DNA from: Lachnospiraceae bacterium
GTDB lineage: Bacteria > Bacillota > Clostridia > Lachnospirales > Lachnospiraceae
NCBI GenBank assembly: GCA_024682375.1
Contig: JAIKZI010000007.1
Coordinates: forward strand, 6,815-70,814
Reading direction: 5' to 3'
DNA length: 64,000 nucleotides
Shown: positions 19,552-29,540 of the stretch, one piece after another
Position numbering within the stretch: position 1 is the first letter of the stretch
Layout of the letters: each line of letters opens with the position of its first letter
Program-made: the position numbers and the translations under genes
The notes under the pieces: generated by a model
What the model saw: only the letters and a program-made list of their open reading frames with translations
Database searches by the model: none
Told to the model about the DNA's origin: nothing

Positions 19552-21327
19552 TTACATCAAATCTTCATAATGATCTCGAAGCTTTCGCCCTATTTCCTTC
19601 ATGACATTTAAGTTTACTTTTAAAACCTGCCTATCATAAGTATAGAATCCATTGCTCTCATCCTCTACATCCGTAAACTGCGTATAAATAGATCCGCAAA
19701 GTCCACGCTTTATCTCCGGAAAGACCTCATTCACATACAGCTTTTCAATCATATATGTAAGATCCGTCTCTTCCTTTGCCTTATCATATCCATAAGAAGA
19801 TTTCTCATTAAACTTATGCCCATCAATCGGAAGCGAATATCCACCGAATTCCGAAACCACAACCGGTCGATTAGACTCTTCGAAAATAACCGGATGATAA
19901 TAAACATGAAAACTATCTACATCCGATTTATCCTGCCAAAACCATCCCGAAGTAGAATCTAAAATTCTCGTATCATCTAAAGCCTTCACAATTTCATACA
20001 TCTTATCGCTATCAAACTGTCCCCAGCCTTCATTGAAAATCGTATAGTAGCAAACCGAAGTGAAATTATAAAGCCTATTTATAGTCTCCTCCATACATTC
20101 AATAAATGCCCTCTTTGTCTTATGAGATATTGGTCGATTCCTATCATCCTTCTTCTGCTTGCCCATATTTGCAAGCGCTGTATCACGGATAAAAGAATAC
20201 TTGCCATTATTCACCATATCCTGCCAGACAATCATTCCAATCCTATCGCATGCTTCATAGAAAAAAGTAGGCTCGACCTTGATATGCTTCCTTATTGTAT
20301 TAAATCCGAGTTCTTTCATCTTACGGACATCATCGTAATAATCCTTCTCACAATTAGGTGTATAGATGCCCTCAGGGAAATACCCCTGATCTAATACTCC
20401 ATGAAAGAAATACGGCTTTCCATTTAAAAGGATTCTCTTCTTCTCTTTTACGGTCTTTATAGAAAGAGTACGAAGTCCAAAATAACACTTCACACTGTCA
20501 TATGAACCATCGCCCGAAAACCCTTCCTTTACGATATCATCATACGATTTTCCATCAAGTGCATTAAATGCACGAATCTTTAAATCATAAAGATTCGGCT
20601 CTTCAGGTGTCCATAATTTTGGGCTGTCGATGTTAATCCTTTTTTCAATAAAACCATCGATACTATCCATATATTTAGAGAGTCTGACTGTCTTTACAAC
20701 CTTTTGATTCTCACTATTGCTAGGATATAGAATCTGCACATCAAAGTATGCTGCCTCCGAATCAATCTTTAAATCGATACCCTTTAAATCCGGTTTTATC
20801 TTCACATCTTTTATATAGTCTTCCCAAACGCTCTCAATCCAGACACTCTGCCAGATACCGGAGATAGGCGTATACCACATGCCCCCTCTCTTCCTTCTCT
20901 GCTTTCCATAAGGATAAATATGAGAAAGATGATCTACCACGCGTACTCTTAGAGAGTGTGTTTCATCTGGAACTATAAAGGATGTAATATCAAAGGAAAA
21001 AGGAGTATAACCACCTGCATGATGACCTACATATTTTCCATCGATATATACTTCTGCAATCTGATCTACTGCATCAAAGTGCAGAATAATCTTATCCCTT
21101 ATAAACTCTTTTGGAATTTTAAAATTTCTTTTATAAGTGAATTCTTCTGGAACATGATGTTTTTTATAGTTTGAATTTTTTGATTGAGGAGGAAACGGAA
21201 CTATAATCCCCTTATCCCATTCTCCATTTAAACTTATATAAGAATCCCTAATCATATCCCTTCTTGGATATATATTAAATGGTACTTTTTCGACTTTCGT
21301 GCCCATTTCTAGAGTAGATTTTGTCAT
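19552..21327 (-). CDS. Glycoside hydrolase family 2
   Basis: LNGEW, HFDAVD, GGYTPF, GVLDQGYFPEG, FNEGW (acid/base), VVSEFGG (nucleophile). Confidence 0.9.
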   Translation of the reverse strand: MTKSTLEMGTKVEKVPFNIYPRRDMIRDSYISLNGEWDKGIIVPFPPQSKNSNYKKHHVPEEFTYKRNFKIPKEFIRDKIILHFDAVDQIAEVYIDGKYVGHHAGGYTPFSFDITSFIVPDETHSLRVRVVDHLSHIYPYGKQRRKRGGMWYTPISGIWQSVWIESVWEDYIKDVKIKPDLKGIDLKIDSEAAYFDVQILYPSNSENQKVVKTVRLSKYMDSIDGFIEKRINIDSPKLWTPEEPNLYDLKIRAFNALDGKSYDDIVKEGFSGDGSYDSVKCYFGLRTLSIKTVKEKKRILLNGKPYFFHGVLDQGYFPEGIYTPNCEKDYYDDVRKMKELGFNTIRKHIKVEPTFFYEACDRIGMIVWQDMVNNGKYSFIRDTALANMGKQKKDDRNRPISHKTKRAFIECMEETINRLYNFTSVCYYTIFNEGWGQFDSDKMYEIVKALDDTRILDSTSGWFWQDKSDVDSFHVYYHPVIFEESNRPVVVSEFGGYSLPIDGHKFNEKSSYGYDKAKEETDLTYMIEKLYVNEVFPEIKRGLCGSIYTQFTDVEDESNGFYTYDRQVLKVNLNVMKEIGRKLRDHYEDLM

Positions 21328-21397
21328 AAATATTTGCCCCTTATTAACCCAAAATAAAATACCAATAGAAGCTAAAACTTCTATTGGTATTATAACA

Positions 21398-23029
21398 TTA
21401 TTTTGTGACAGGAAGGATAATCTTATAAAAAGTTCCCATTCCGTTTATTTTTCTATCTGAAATAGATATCTTTCCACCGTGAGCTTCTACTATTGACTTT
21501 GCAATAGAAAGTCCGAGGCCTGTACCCTGACCATTGCTTCTTGCATTTTCTGCAACTACAAATGGTTCAAAAATCTTCTCTTGAAGTTCTTTAGGAATAC
21601 CAGGGCCATTATCTCCGATTTCAATCTTCATGATATCTTTTCCATAACGAAGAGTAAAATAAATAGTCGTTCCCACATCTGTATAGCGGACAGCATTTGA
21701 AATGATATTTTCAAATACTCTCTTCAGCTGCATTTTATCAAATTTAACATATACTACTTCTTCAGGAATCTCTACATCGACTTCATATCCACCTACTGTA
21801 AGCTCCTGATATTTAGATGCAACATATTCTCTGAAATATTCACATATATCATCCTTCTCCAAATTATATTTGAACTTCGGATGTTCAAGTCTTGAAAAAT
21901 CACTAAAAGAATTAATTAGTTCAACCAGAGTAGAAGTCTTTTGACTAATGATTTCCAAATATTTTTGTCTTTCATATTCTGGAATGAGGCCATCACGCAT
22001 AGCATCCACATAACCTTGAATAACCGTAATAGGAGTTTTCAAATCATGTGAAATATCAGCTAACATCTTCTGACGAGCATCTTCCGATTTCTTTAACTGT
22101 AATTCCATATTATTAAACGTTTCTACAACCTGATTAAATTCCTTTGTACCTTGCTGGGTATTAATCTGTTCCCTATCGCCTCTCGCGAAACCATTCATAG
22201 CAATTCTTAGCTGTTTCAAAGGCTTTCTCATCTTAGAAGATATCCTAAAGATAGAGAAGAATACAGCAATCATAACCATGATCACATATGTAAATACAAG
22301 AATTATATGTCGTCTTAAAATGATACCCTCAACCTTTTCATAAGGACTTTCGTAGTGAATGAGAAGATATCTGGTATCGCCAGAATTAGTCTTAAACTTA
22401 TACTTCTGAAGAATTAGTCCATACTCATACTTCATATTTTCAGCTGAACCCATCAGATACTCAAGCTCTTTTTCGGTAATCTTGCTGCCTTCAAAATCCA
22501 TATTTGTATAGATAATTTCATTCTTTGAATTTATAACTGTGATACCGTTTACAGCCTCACCTGTCTTTTCATCATATGCAAATCTGATAACCAAATAACC
22601 ATATTCACCTTTTTTCGTAATAGGATAAATTGTATAGTTTACATCACGATTCAAGTCTTCGATGTACTTCGTTGAATATTCATCATATTTATTATGATAT
22701 GAGGTGTTAGAAGAATAATAAATCTTTCCGCTATCATCGATTACTTCGATGTAACCTTTCTTTCCGATATAGTTTTTCAACACAATATCGCTGTATTTTT
22801 CTTCTTTTAACTTTTCCTTCTGATCGATAATCTTTTCAGTCTTTACCTTTCTATAAGTCGTCTCGGAAATCTTCTGACCAGCTTTTATAAAGAAAAAAGT
22901 CAAAATAGTAACCATTACAATCAACATAAAAAGGTCTTTAAGCAAAAAGAGATAGAAGCTAGGAGCTTCCTCTCTTCTCTTTTTTATGTATGAAATTATA
23001 TTAAAGCGTTTCTTACAGTTTTTCCTCAT
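21398..23029 (-). CDS. Sensor histidine kinase (HAMP, HisKA, HATPase)
   Basis: DISHDLKTPIT, FENIISNA, DNGPGI, GTGLGL; two TM segments. Confidence 0.95.
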   Translation of the reverse strand: MRKNCKKRFNIISYIKKRREEAPSFYLFLLKDLFMLIVMVTILTFFFIKAGQKISETTYRKVKTEKIIDQKEKLKEEKYSDIVLKNYIGKKGYIEVIDDSGKIYYSSNTSYHNKYDEYSTKYIEDLNRDVNYTIYPITKKGEYGYLVIRFAYDEKTGEAVNGITVINSKNEIIYTNMDFEGSKITEKELEYLMGSAENMKYEYGLILQKYKFKTNSGDTRYLLIHYESPYEKVEGIILRRHIILVFTYVIMVMIAVFFSIFRISSKMRKPLKQLRIAMNGFARGDREQINTQQGTKEFNQVVETFNNMELQLKKSEDARQKMLADISHDLKTPITVIQGYVDAMRDGLIPEYERQKYLEIISQKTSTLVELINSFSDFSRLEHPKFKYNLEKDDICEYFREYVASKYQELTVGGYEVDVEIPEEVVYVKFDKMQLKRVFENIISNAVRYTDVGTTIYFTLRYGKDIMKIEIGDNGPGIPKELQEKIFEPFVVAENARSNGQGTGLGLSIAKSIVEAHGGKISISDRKINGMGTFYKIILPVTK

Positions 23030-23739
23030 AGCTTATTTCCATCTTCAAATTTATATCCCAGTCCTCTGACCGTGATTAGATATTTAGGATTCTTAGAATC
23101 CTCTTCAATCTTTGTTCTGAGATTTGAGATATGAACTATAACTGTACTCTCATCCGCAATAAAGAATTCACCGTTTAGGTATTCATAAATCTGTACCTTC
23201 GTATAAATCCTTCCTGGATTCTGCATAAGGAGGATGAGGATTTTCAATTCTGTAGGTGTAACACTGATTTCCTCATCATTCTTATATAGTTTCATCTTCT
23301 TCTGATCAAGTCTAAGCTCTCCTATGCAGATATCAGACATCTCATCTTCATCACTAAAAGCAGGATTTAACTCATAGAATCTTCTAAGCGAAGACTTCAC
23401 TCTTGCAATTACTTCAAGAGGGTTGAAAGGTTTTGTAAGATAATCATCTGCTCCAATATTTAAGCCAATAATCTTATCACTATCCTCTCTTTTTGCTGAG
23501 ATAATAATAATAGGGAAATTATATGACTCTCTAGCTTTCTGAATGAGTTCATACCCATTCATCTCAGGCATCATAATATCAAAAAGAGCTAAATCTATAG
23601 TCTCATTTTCTAATATATCAAGTGCCTTCTTACCATTCGGAGCAGAAAGCACTTCATATCCTTCGTTCTCCAAATAGAGTTTCAAAACTCCTACTATATC
23701 CGAATCATCTTCTGCAATTAAAATGCGATATCTTTTCAT
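23026..23739 (-). CDS. OmpR family response regulator
   Basis: LIAEDD, DIMMPEMNG, GADDYLTKPF, TVRGLGYK; ATGA overlap with the kinase. Confidence 0.96.
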   Translation of the reverse strand: MKRYRILIAEDDSDIVGVLKLYLENEGYEVLSAPNGKKALDILENETIDLALFDIMMPEMNGYELIQKARESYNFPIIIISAKREDSDKIIGLNIGADDYLTKPFNPLEVIARVKSSLRRFYELNPAFSDEDEMSDICIGELRLDQKKMKLYKNDEEISVTPTELKILILLMQNPGRIYTKVQIYEYLNGEFFIADESTVIVHISNLRTKIEEDSKNPKYLITVRGLGYKFEDGNKL

Positions 23740-23763
23740 CTCATATCCTTCACTAATTTAAAA

Positions 23764-23991
23764 TTAATCTTCGGAAAGTCTGTTTACCATCTTTAAAATA
23801 GCTTCTGCAGAGTTAAAGTTCTCTGGTGTCATTTCAGAAGCATCGATAGAGATATCATACTCTTCCTCGAGTTCGCCAACTAGAGAAATGATTCCAAAAG
23901 AATCTAAAAGATGATCATCAATAAGTGCTGTCTCATTTTCAAAATCAATACTGTCGTCGATGTCGTTTAAGATTTCTAGTAATTTTTCCAT
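23764..23991 (-). CDS. Acyl/aminoacyl carrier protein (DltC-like)
   Basis: 75 aa, acidic, LLDSFGIISLV phosphopantetheine-Ser motif. Confidence 0.9.
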   Translation of the reverse strand: MEKLLEILNDIDDSIDFENETALIDDHLLDSFGIISLVGELEEEYDISIDASEMTPENFNSAEAILKMVNRLSED

Positions 23992-24007
23992 TTTAATACC
24001 TCTTTCT

Positions 24008-25201
24008 TTATTTCATAAATGGTGTATTTAATCTGTAACTTTCCTGCTTTTCTCTAACAAGCTGTAAGCCATCTTCTTCACTATAGAATGCAATTCCTGG
24101 AAGTTCATGACTGAGGAATAGAGACATACCCTCATAAACAGAATACGCTCCTACACGCTCAAATACAATAATATCGCCACAATCCACTTCTTCAGTTTCA
24201 AAATCAGAAACCAAAACATCATTAGTAGTACAAAGTGAACCATATAGAGAATAATGCTTCTTTACATCAGAACCTTCTCTATTCTTTAACACACGAAGGT
24301 GTGGTAAATACATTCCTCGAAGCTGTCCATCATAGTTTATCTGATGAATACCACCATCGCAAATAATATAATTCTTACCTGCGCTCTCCTTTACATCACG
24401 AATAGTTACTGCATAGTAACCACAGTTAAATGCGAGAGCTCTTCCCATCTCAAGTGAAATATTTCCCTTCCACTTCATATTGAGAAGCAGATTCTTAAAC
24501 TCATACAAATTCTCAGGAGTTGTAACTGTCTCCTCCTGATCCACGAAATATGGAACTCCAAATCCTGTTCCGTATTCCAAATTCAAAACTTTCTTTCCAG
24601 TTTCTTCTTCGATTCTGGAAAAAAATTCGTCCAGCTTGTTAATTTCCTTCTCATGCTTTCTTAATTTATGCTTCTGAGTACCAGTAAAATAATGAATACC
24701 GTAGAAGTTAATATTAGAAAACTCATCACTCTTAAGAAGAGAAATGATAGTATCCTCATCCATACCAAACTGTCCACAGTTCAATCTGAAATATACATTT
24801 ATATGAAGATTAAGATCTTTGGCAATCTTCTGCATAACCTTTACCTGGTTAGGAGATTCCGCTGTATATACGCCCTCCTCCTTACAGTACTCAATAGTCT
24901 CTCTCATATCTTCTTCTTTTTTCAAAACTCCTGAAATAAGAAGTTTAGATGGAGAAATCTTTAATTCCTTACAGATTAAGAATTCCCCATAAGAACATAC
25001 TTCGATTCTATCTGTATCATTTACTGAAACCTGTGTAAGAAAAGGATTTGTCTTCATACAGAAGTTTACTTTTATCTCGTTTCCAACCTGACGCTTCAAA
25101 TAATCGAAGCGCTCGTGGAAAGCATCTAAATCAAATACATATAGGGGTGATCCATATTCTTTGACTGCGTTTTTTAATGTGCTATCTGTGAGGGTTCTCA
25201 T
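24008..25201 (-). CDS. PLP-dependent fold-type III decarboxylase (LysA/BtrK/VinO-like)
   Basis: CMKTNP (PLP Lys), HYFTGTQ, EYGTGFG, EMGR, GSLCTTND, VGAY; these diverge from canonical LysA motifs. Confidence 0.85.
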   Translation of the reverse strand: MRTLTDSTLKNAVKEYGSPLYVFDLDAFHERFDYLKRQVGNEIKVNFCMKTNPFLTQVSVNDTDRIEVCSYGEFLICKELKISPSKLLISGVLKKEEDMRETIEYCKEEGVYTAESPNQVKVMQKIAKDLNLHINVYFRLNCGQFGMDEDTIISLLKSDEFSNINFYGIHYFTGTQKHKLRKHEKEINKLDEFFSRIEEETGKKVLNLEYGTGFGVPYFVDQEETVTTPENLYEFKNLLLNMKWKGNISLEMGRALAFNCGYYAVTIRDVKESAGKNYIICDGGIHQINYDGQLRGMYLPHLRVLKNREGSDVKKHYSLYGSLCTTNDVLVSDFETEEVDCGDIIVFERVGAYSVYEGMSLFLSHELPGIAFYSEEDGLQLVREKQESYRLNTPFMK

Positions 25202-26730
25202 CCAATAACCTCCAAGTCATTTAAAACTTTTCTATCTACTTTTCCATTCTTATTTAGAATGAATTCCTTTACATGGTTAAATCTGTTTGGAACCATGTAA
25301 ACCGGAAGCTTCTCTTTAAGTTTGAGATGTAGTTCCTTTTTTTCCATAGAGCCTGTATAGAAGGCTGTGATTCTTTTCTTTGCAGCATCATAAGTGCAAA
25401 TACATCTTTCGATTCCATCGATTGCATTTACGCCACGCTCAATTTCCTCAAGCTCGATTCTATGTCCCATATGCTTAATCTGGAAATCCTTACGACCTGC
25501 GAAATACATCTGTCCATCGTCTTCGATTACTGCCATATCTCCAGTTCTATACATACGAACTACACTTCCATCTGCTTCTGTATAGTTTACGAAATGAGCC
25601 TTTGTCTGCTCTTCATTGTGGTAATAACCAATTGCAAGAGATTCACCTGTTACACAGATTTCTCCTGTAATGCCAGGCTCTGTAATAACCTTGTCATTTT
25701 CATCTAGAAGACGAACCTTTCTTCCCTCGAAAACTTTTCCAAGAGGAAGTCTCTCATCTTTTTCATACTTTCTTTCAAGTTCGAAATATGTACAGTTACA
25801 TGTGATTTCTGAAGGGCCATACAGATTTACGAAACGTGCTTCTGGAAGGTTCTCCTGCCAAATAAGAAGCTGCTTCATCGGCATAACTTCACCTGAGAAC
25901 ATAACTCTCTTTATCTCTGTAGGAACTCTATAGCTGAATCCCTTTAGACCAGAAATAATACAAAGCGCTGAAACTGCCCAAGTCAGATTAGTAACATGGT
26001 TGTCACAAATATAGTCAAGAAGTCTAGCTGGAGTTGAGAAATACTCTCTAGGGATTAGTACTAGACTTGCTCCAGAAAAGTATGCTGTAACAATATCCTT
26101 TATTGATACATCGAAATCAAATGGAGCCTGATTTCCGATTACATCATTTTCTGTGAATCCAAAAGTATCAACAAAATGATTGATAAAGTCCATTGCATTT
26201 CCATGAGAAATAAGAACACACTTAGGAGTTCCTGTAGAACCCGATGTAAAAATTCCATATAGAGGAGTCTCTCTGTCTATTTTCTCTCTCATCTCAGGAA
26301 GAAGAGTTGAATACTCATTTACATCCATCTCGGACATAAGAATAATCTCACCCTGATAGCCTGTCTCAAGGAATCTATCCTTTAATTCATCACTTAATAC
26401 TACAGCCTTTGGTTCAAGAACATCTAAAATCTTATTAATTCTATCTGCAGGCTGTTCTGGATTGATATAGGTGTAAAAAGCACCTGCGTAGTTGATACCG
26501 AGAATACTTGCAAGAAGTGATACTGTCTTTTCGGAAAAAACAGCAACCGGATAGCCATCTTCTGATGGATTTACTCTGTCTAGAATTACACTCGCATACT
26601 TCTTTGCTCTATCTTCTAATTCTTCCCAAGTAATTCTGCTATTTGGATCTATAGCAGCCTCTCTCTTAGGAAATCTTGATACTGTATTTTCAAAAACATC
26701 TAGTATTGAATTAAAATTCTTTAATACCAT
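25198..26730 (-). CDS. Stand-alone amino acid adenylation enzyme (DltA/VinN-like)
   Basis: FTSGSTGTPK, FDFDVS, NLYGPSE, YRTGD, GRKDFQIKHMGHRIELEEIE, NKNGKVDR. Confidence 0.93.
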   Translation of the reverse strand: MVLKNFNSILDVFENTVSRFPKREAAIDPNSRITWEELEDRAKKYASVILDRVNPSEDGYPVAVFSEKTVSLLASILGINYAGAFYTYINPEQPADRINKILDVLEPKAVVLSDELKDRFLETGYQGEIILMSEMDVNEYSTLLPEMREKIDRETPLYGIFTSGSTGTPKCVLISHGNAMDFINHFVDTFGFTENDVIGNQAPFDFDVSIKDIVTAYFSGASLVLIPREYFSTPARLLDYICDNHVTNLTWAVSALCIISGLKGFSYRVPTEIKRVMFSGEVMPMKQLLIWQENLPEARFVNLYGPSEITCNCTYFELERKYEKDERLPLGKVFEGRKVRLLDENDKVITEPGITGEICVTGESLAIGYYHNEEQTKAHFVNYTEADGSVVRMYRTGDMAVIEDDGQMYFAGRKDFQIKHMGHRIELEEIERGVNAIDGIERCICTYDAAKKRITAFYTGSMEKKELHLKLKEKLPVYMVPNRFNHVKEFILNKNGKVDRKVLNDLEVIG

Positions 26731-26761
26731 TTTAAAACTCCAAATCGTATTCCAATTTATA

Positions 26762-27772
26762 TTACTTGTAAAAATCCTTTAGCTTAGAAAGGAAAGCAAC
26801 CTCTTTGTTGTTTTTATTCTCTTCAACTTTGAACTTAGCTTTGTCAAATCTCTTATCGTAGTTATTTAACAATTTGTCCCATCTTAAAGCTGTAGTTCTA
26901 TCCTGTGTAAATCCAAGATTAAAATTCTTTACTAAATACTTTCCGATATAAGCTGTTGTCTTTTCTGCGCCTGAACAATTCAGATGATCACCCTTGTCTC
27001 TAGTATCCTTAGACCAGTCAATGTTCAATTCATCAAGTTTCATATTTAGATCTACATACTTAAGGCCTTCTTTTTTAGAAAGGGCAACAAGTGCATTATG
27101 TTTCTTATAGTTATAATTCTTAGGTGATGGAGCTGAGTACAAAACAAGCTGTGCTCCATTTTCTCTACACATTTCTTCGATATCATGAAGAGTATCTATA
27201 TTAGTCTGCTCGATTTTCATTCTCTTAGAAGTTCTAACCATATAATCTCCACCCTTATAAGGCTTTACCTTTGTAGAGATTGAGAAACCTTTAAACGTCT
27301 TTCCACGAAGCTCCATAAAAGGTGACTTCCATACATTGTGTTCCTTTAAAAGCGGAAGACTCTTATAAATCTTTCTTGAGATGAAATCCTGTGTTTCATT
27401 CTTCTTTGCTTCAAATCTGAAAAGATTATTAGTCTCAAGCATTACAACCTTTGGCTTCTGGTTTTTAAGTGCCGTTCTAAGAACTGATTTTGACTCAGTT
27501 AATTTAGCTCCAGGCTGACCTGCTGCATATGTTGTAAATCCATAGTCTTTCCAAATCTGCATAGGGGATACTGAAGTATAGCTCTCACTATCACCGATTA
27601 CGATTACATCCAAACTATTTTTATGTTCACATGCTAACTTCGCATGAACACCATTTTTTCCATTTGCAAGATGATTTCTCTCCATGAATTTAGATGTCAT
27701 CATTGTTCCTGGTAAAACAAGTAATAAAGCCAAAATCACGAAGAACAAAATATTCTTTGCTGTCTTCTTCAT
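26762..27772 (-). CDS. Membrane-anchored SGNH-fold protein (DltD/AlgJ/PatB-like acyltransferase)
   Basis: N-terminal TM anchor, IGDSES block I, DKGDHLN DxxH block; start ATG 27772 with GAGGTG RBS. Confidence 0.8.
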   Translation of the reverse strand: MKKTAKNILFFVILALLLVLPGTMMTSKFMERNHLANGKNGVHAKLACEHKNSLDVIVIGDSESYTSVSPMQIWKDYGFTTYAAGQPGAKLTESKSVLRTALKNQKPKVVMLETNNLFRFEAKKNETQDFISRKIYKSLPLLKEHNVWKSPFMELRGKTFKGFSISTKVKPYKGGDYMVRTSKRMKIEQTNIDTLHDIEEMCRENGAQLVLYSAPSPKNYNYKKHNALVALSKKEGLKYVDLNMKLDELNIDWSKDTRDKGDHLNCSGAEKTTAYIGKYLVKNFNLGFTQDRTTALRWDKLLNNYDKRFDKAKFKVEENKNNKEVAFLSKLKDFYK

Positions 27773-27784
27773 ATTTCTCACCTC

Positions 27785-29374
27785 TTAGAAACCTGCATAA
27801 ATCAAATCTGCTGGTTGGTAACCAACTCCGTATGCACCAAAGATTACGATTGACATAATAAGTGCGTAATAAATAACCCATCTTCTAGCTGTTGGAAGCT
27901 TAGGAATGTTTTCAAACATCTCTGGATTCTTTTCAAGTCTTACATCTACAGCAAATACTACAAACATGCCAAGAAGTACAACTGCAAAATCTCCTATATC
28001 AAGTCCAACTTCAAGAATTCTTCCTGCGAAGAATCCACCGTCCCATGGACCTCTGAACATGTTCTTCATCATAGTTGCAAACTGTCCAAGTGTCTCAGCT
28101 CTAAATAGAACCTCACCTACAAGGATGATCACCCATGTTCTTACCATTCTAAAAGCACTTACAAACTTTCCATTTATATCAAATCTAAGTGAATTCCAGA
28201 ACTTCTCACCTGCTGGTTCAAGCATAACCTCTAGAAGCAGGATTACAAAATAATAAACACCGTACATAATGTATGGAACCTTCGGTCCATGCCAAAGTCC
28301 GTTCAACATCCATACGGGGAAAAGTGCAATTGCTGATGTAACAACTGTTGTTACATATTTACCTGCATGTTTACGTCCGAATTTGTTCCACTTCTTCATG
28401 ATGTGTGAAGTTGATACAGGATAGAAAATATAATTCTTAAACCATGTACCAAGTGATATATGCCATCTTCTCCAGAACTCAGCTGCGCTCTTTGCAAAGA
28501 AAGGCTGTCTGAAGTTTTCCGGAAGCTTTATATTAAAAATTCTTGCTGAACCGATTACGATATCGATTGTTCCTGAGAACTCCATGTAAAGCTGAATCGT
28601 TGTAGCAAGCATCGCAATAAACATCATCAAGCCATTGTATGAATTTGTTGGCTTATAGAAAATATTTACAGCTGTATTCAATCTATCAGCGATAAGCATT
28701 CTCTTGAAAAGTCCCCAGACGATTCTTATAAATCCCTGTACGAAAGAATCTCCAGTGATTGGCTTACCTTCAAATAGCTGCTCATTCACATCTGTCCATC
28801 TGCAAATAGGACCTTCCATAAGTGTTGGGAAGAAAATCATAAATAATAGAAGCTTTAAGATATTTCTCTCTGCCTCTATTCTCTTCCAGTAAACATCTAA
28901 AAGATATCCAATAGCCTGCATTGAATAGAAAGAGATTCCGATTGGAACCAAAATCTTAAGTGCATGTAAATCACTAGATTTAAAAACGCTATTTATAATT
29001 TCAATCGTAAAGTTTGTATATTTAAGACCAGCAAGGATTGCTACAACTCCAACAATTGCAAGCTTTACTACATGAGAAGCTTTCTTCTCTGCAGCTTTTT
29101 TTATACCCTTCTTGTCGATCTCTATACCTTTTGCTTTTGCATCACTGATTTGTAATTTTGCTTTTCCGAATATATCCTCAATACAAATTCCGCCGAAATA
29201 TGTGATTGCAGTTGTTATAAGTGCCCAATAAATTAGCTGTCTACTTATAATCATGAAAAAAGCAATTGAAGCTGCCAAAAGAGACATAAATCTATATTTC
29301 TTTGGAGTCAACTGGTATAAAATCATTGCCGCCGGCAAAAATAATACAAAATACGTGTTAGTGTTATAAGCCAT
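27785..29374 (-). CDS. MBOAT family membrane-bound O-acyltransferase (DltB/AlgI-like)
   Basis: PIGISFY, FFPTLMEGPI, ENFRQPF, FWRRWHISL, NGLWHG (catalytic His). Confidence 0.94.
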   Translation of the reverse strand: MAYNTNTYFVLFLPAAMILYQLTPKKYRFMSLLAASIAFFMIISRQLIYWALITTAITYFGGICIEDIFGKAKLQISDAKAKGIEIDKKGIKKAAEKKASHVVKLAIVGVVAILAGLKYTNFTIEIINSVFKSSDLHALKILVPIGISFYSMQAIGYLLDVYWKRIEAERNILKLLLFMIFFPTLMEGPICRWTDVNEQLFEGKPITGDSFVQGFIRIVWGLFKRMLIADRLNTAVNIFYKPTNSYNGLMMFIAMLATTIQLYMEFSGTIDIVIGSARIFNIKLPENFRQPFFAKSAAEFWRRWHISLGTWFKNYIFYPVSTSHIMKKWNKFGRKHAGKYVTTVVTSAIALFPVWMLNGLWHGPKVPYIMYGVYYFVILLLEVMLEPAGEKFWNSLRFDINGKFVSAFRMVRTWVIILVGEVLFRAETLGQFATMMKNMFRGPWDGGFFAGRILEVGLDIGDFAVVLLGMFVVFAVDVRLEKNPEMFENIPKLPTARRWVIYYALIMSIVIFGAYGVGYQPADLIYAGF

Positions 29375-29483
29375 TTTTTAATTCCTCATATATTACATTT
29401 TTTTGACCATAGATAATATATCCTATGAAAATAAAGACAGCATTAATTAAACATTAAGATTTCTTAATAATCTTTTTATACAC

Positions 29484-29497
29484 GTTGCACAGGCAAC
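29484..29497. promoter_or_regulatory. Palindrome GTTGC-N4-GCAAC, candidate Crp/Fnr-type operator
   Basis: Perfect 5-4-5 inverted repeat in the divergent MBOAT / Crp intergenic region. Confidence 0.45.
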
Positions 29498-29540
29498 AAA
29501 ATTAGTGTATCCTTATATAAATTTGTTTTAAAAGAGGGAT

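Noticed and set aside
23764-29374. Canonical dltABCD operon
   Set aside because: The gene order differs, an extra decarboxylase is present, the A-domain pocket differs (Lys239), and the MBOAT is AlgI-sized rather than DltB-sized.
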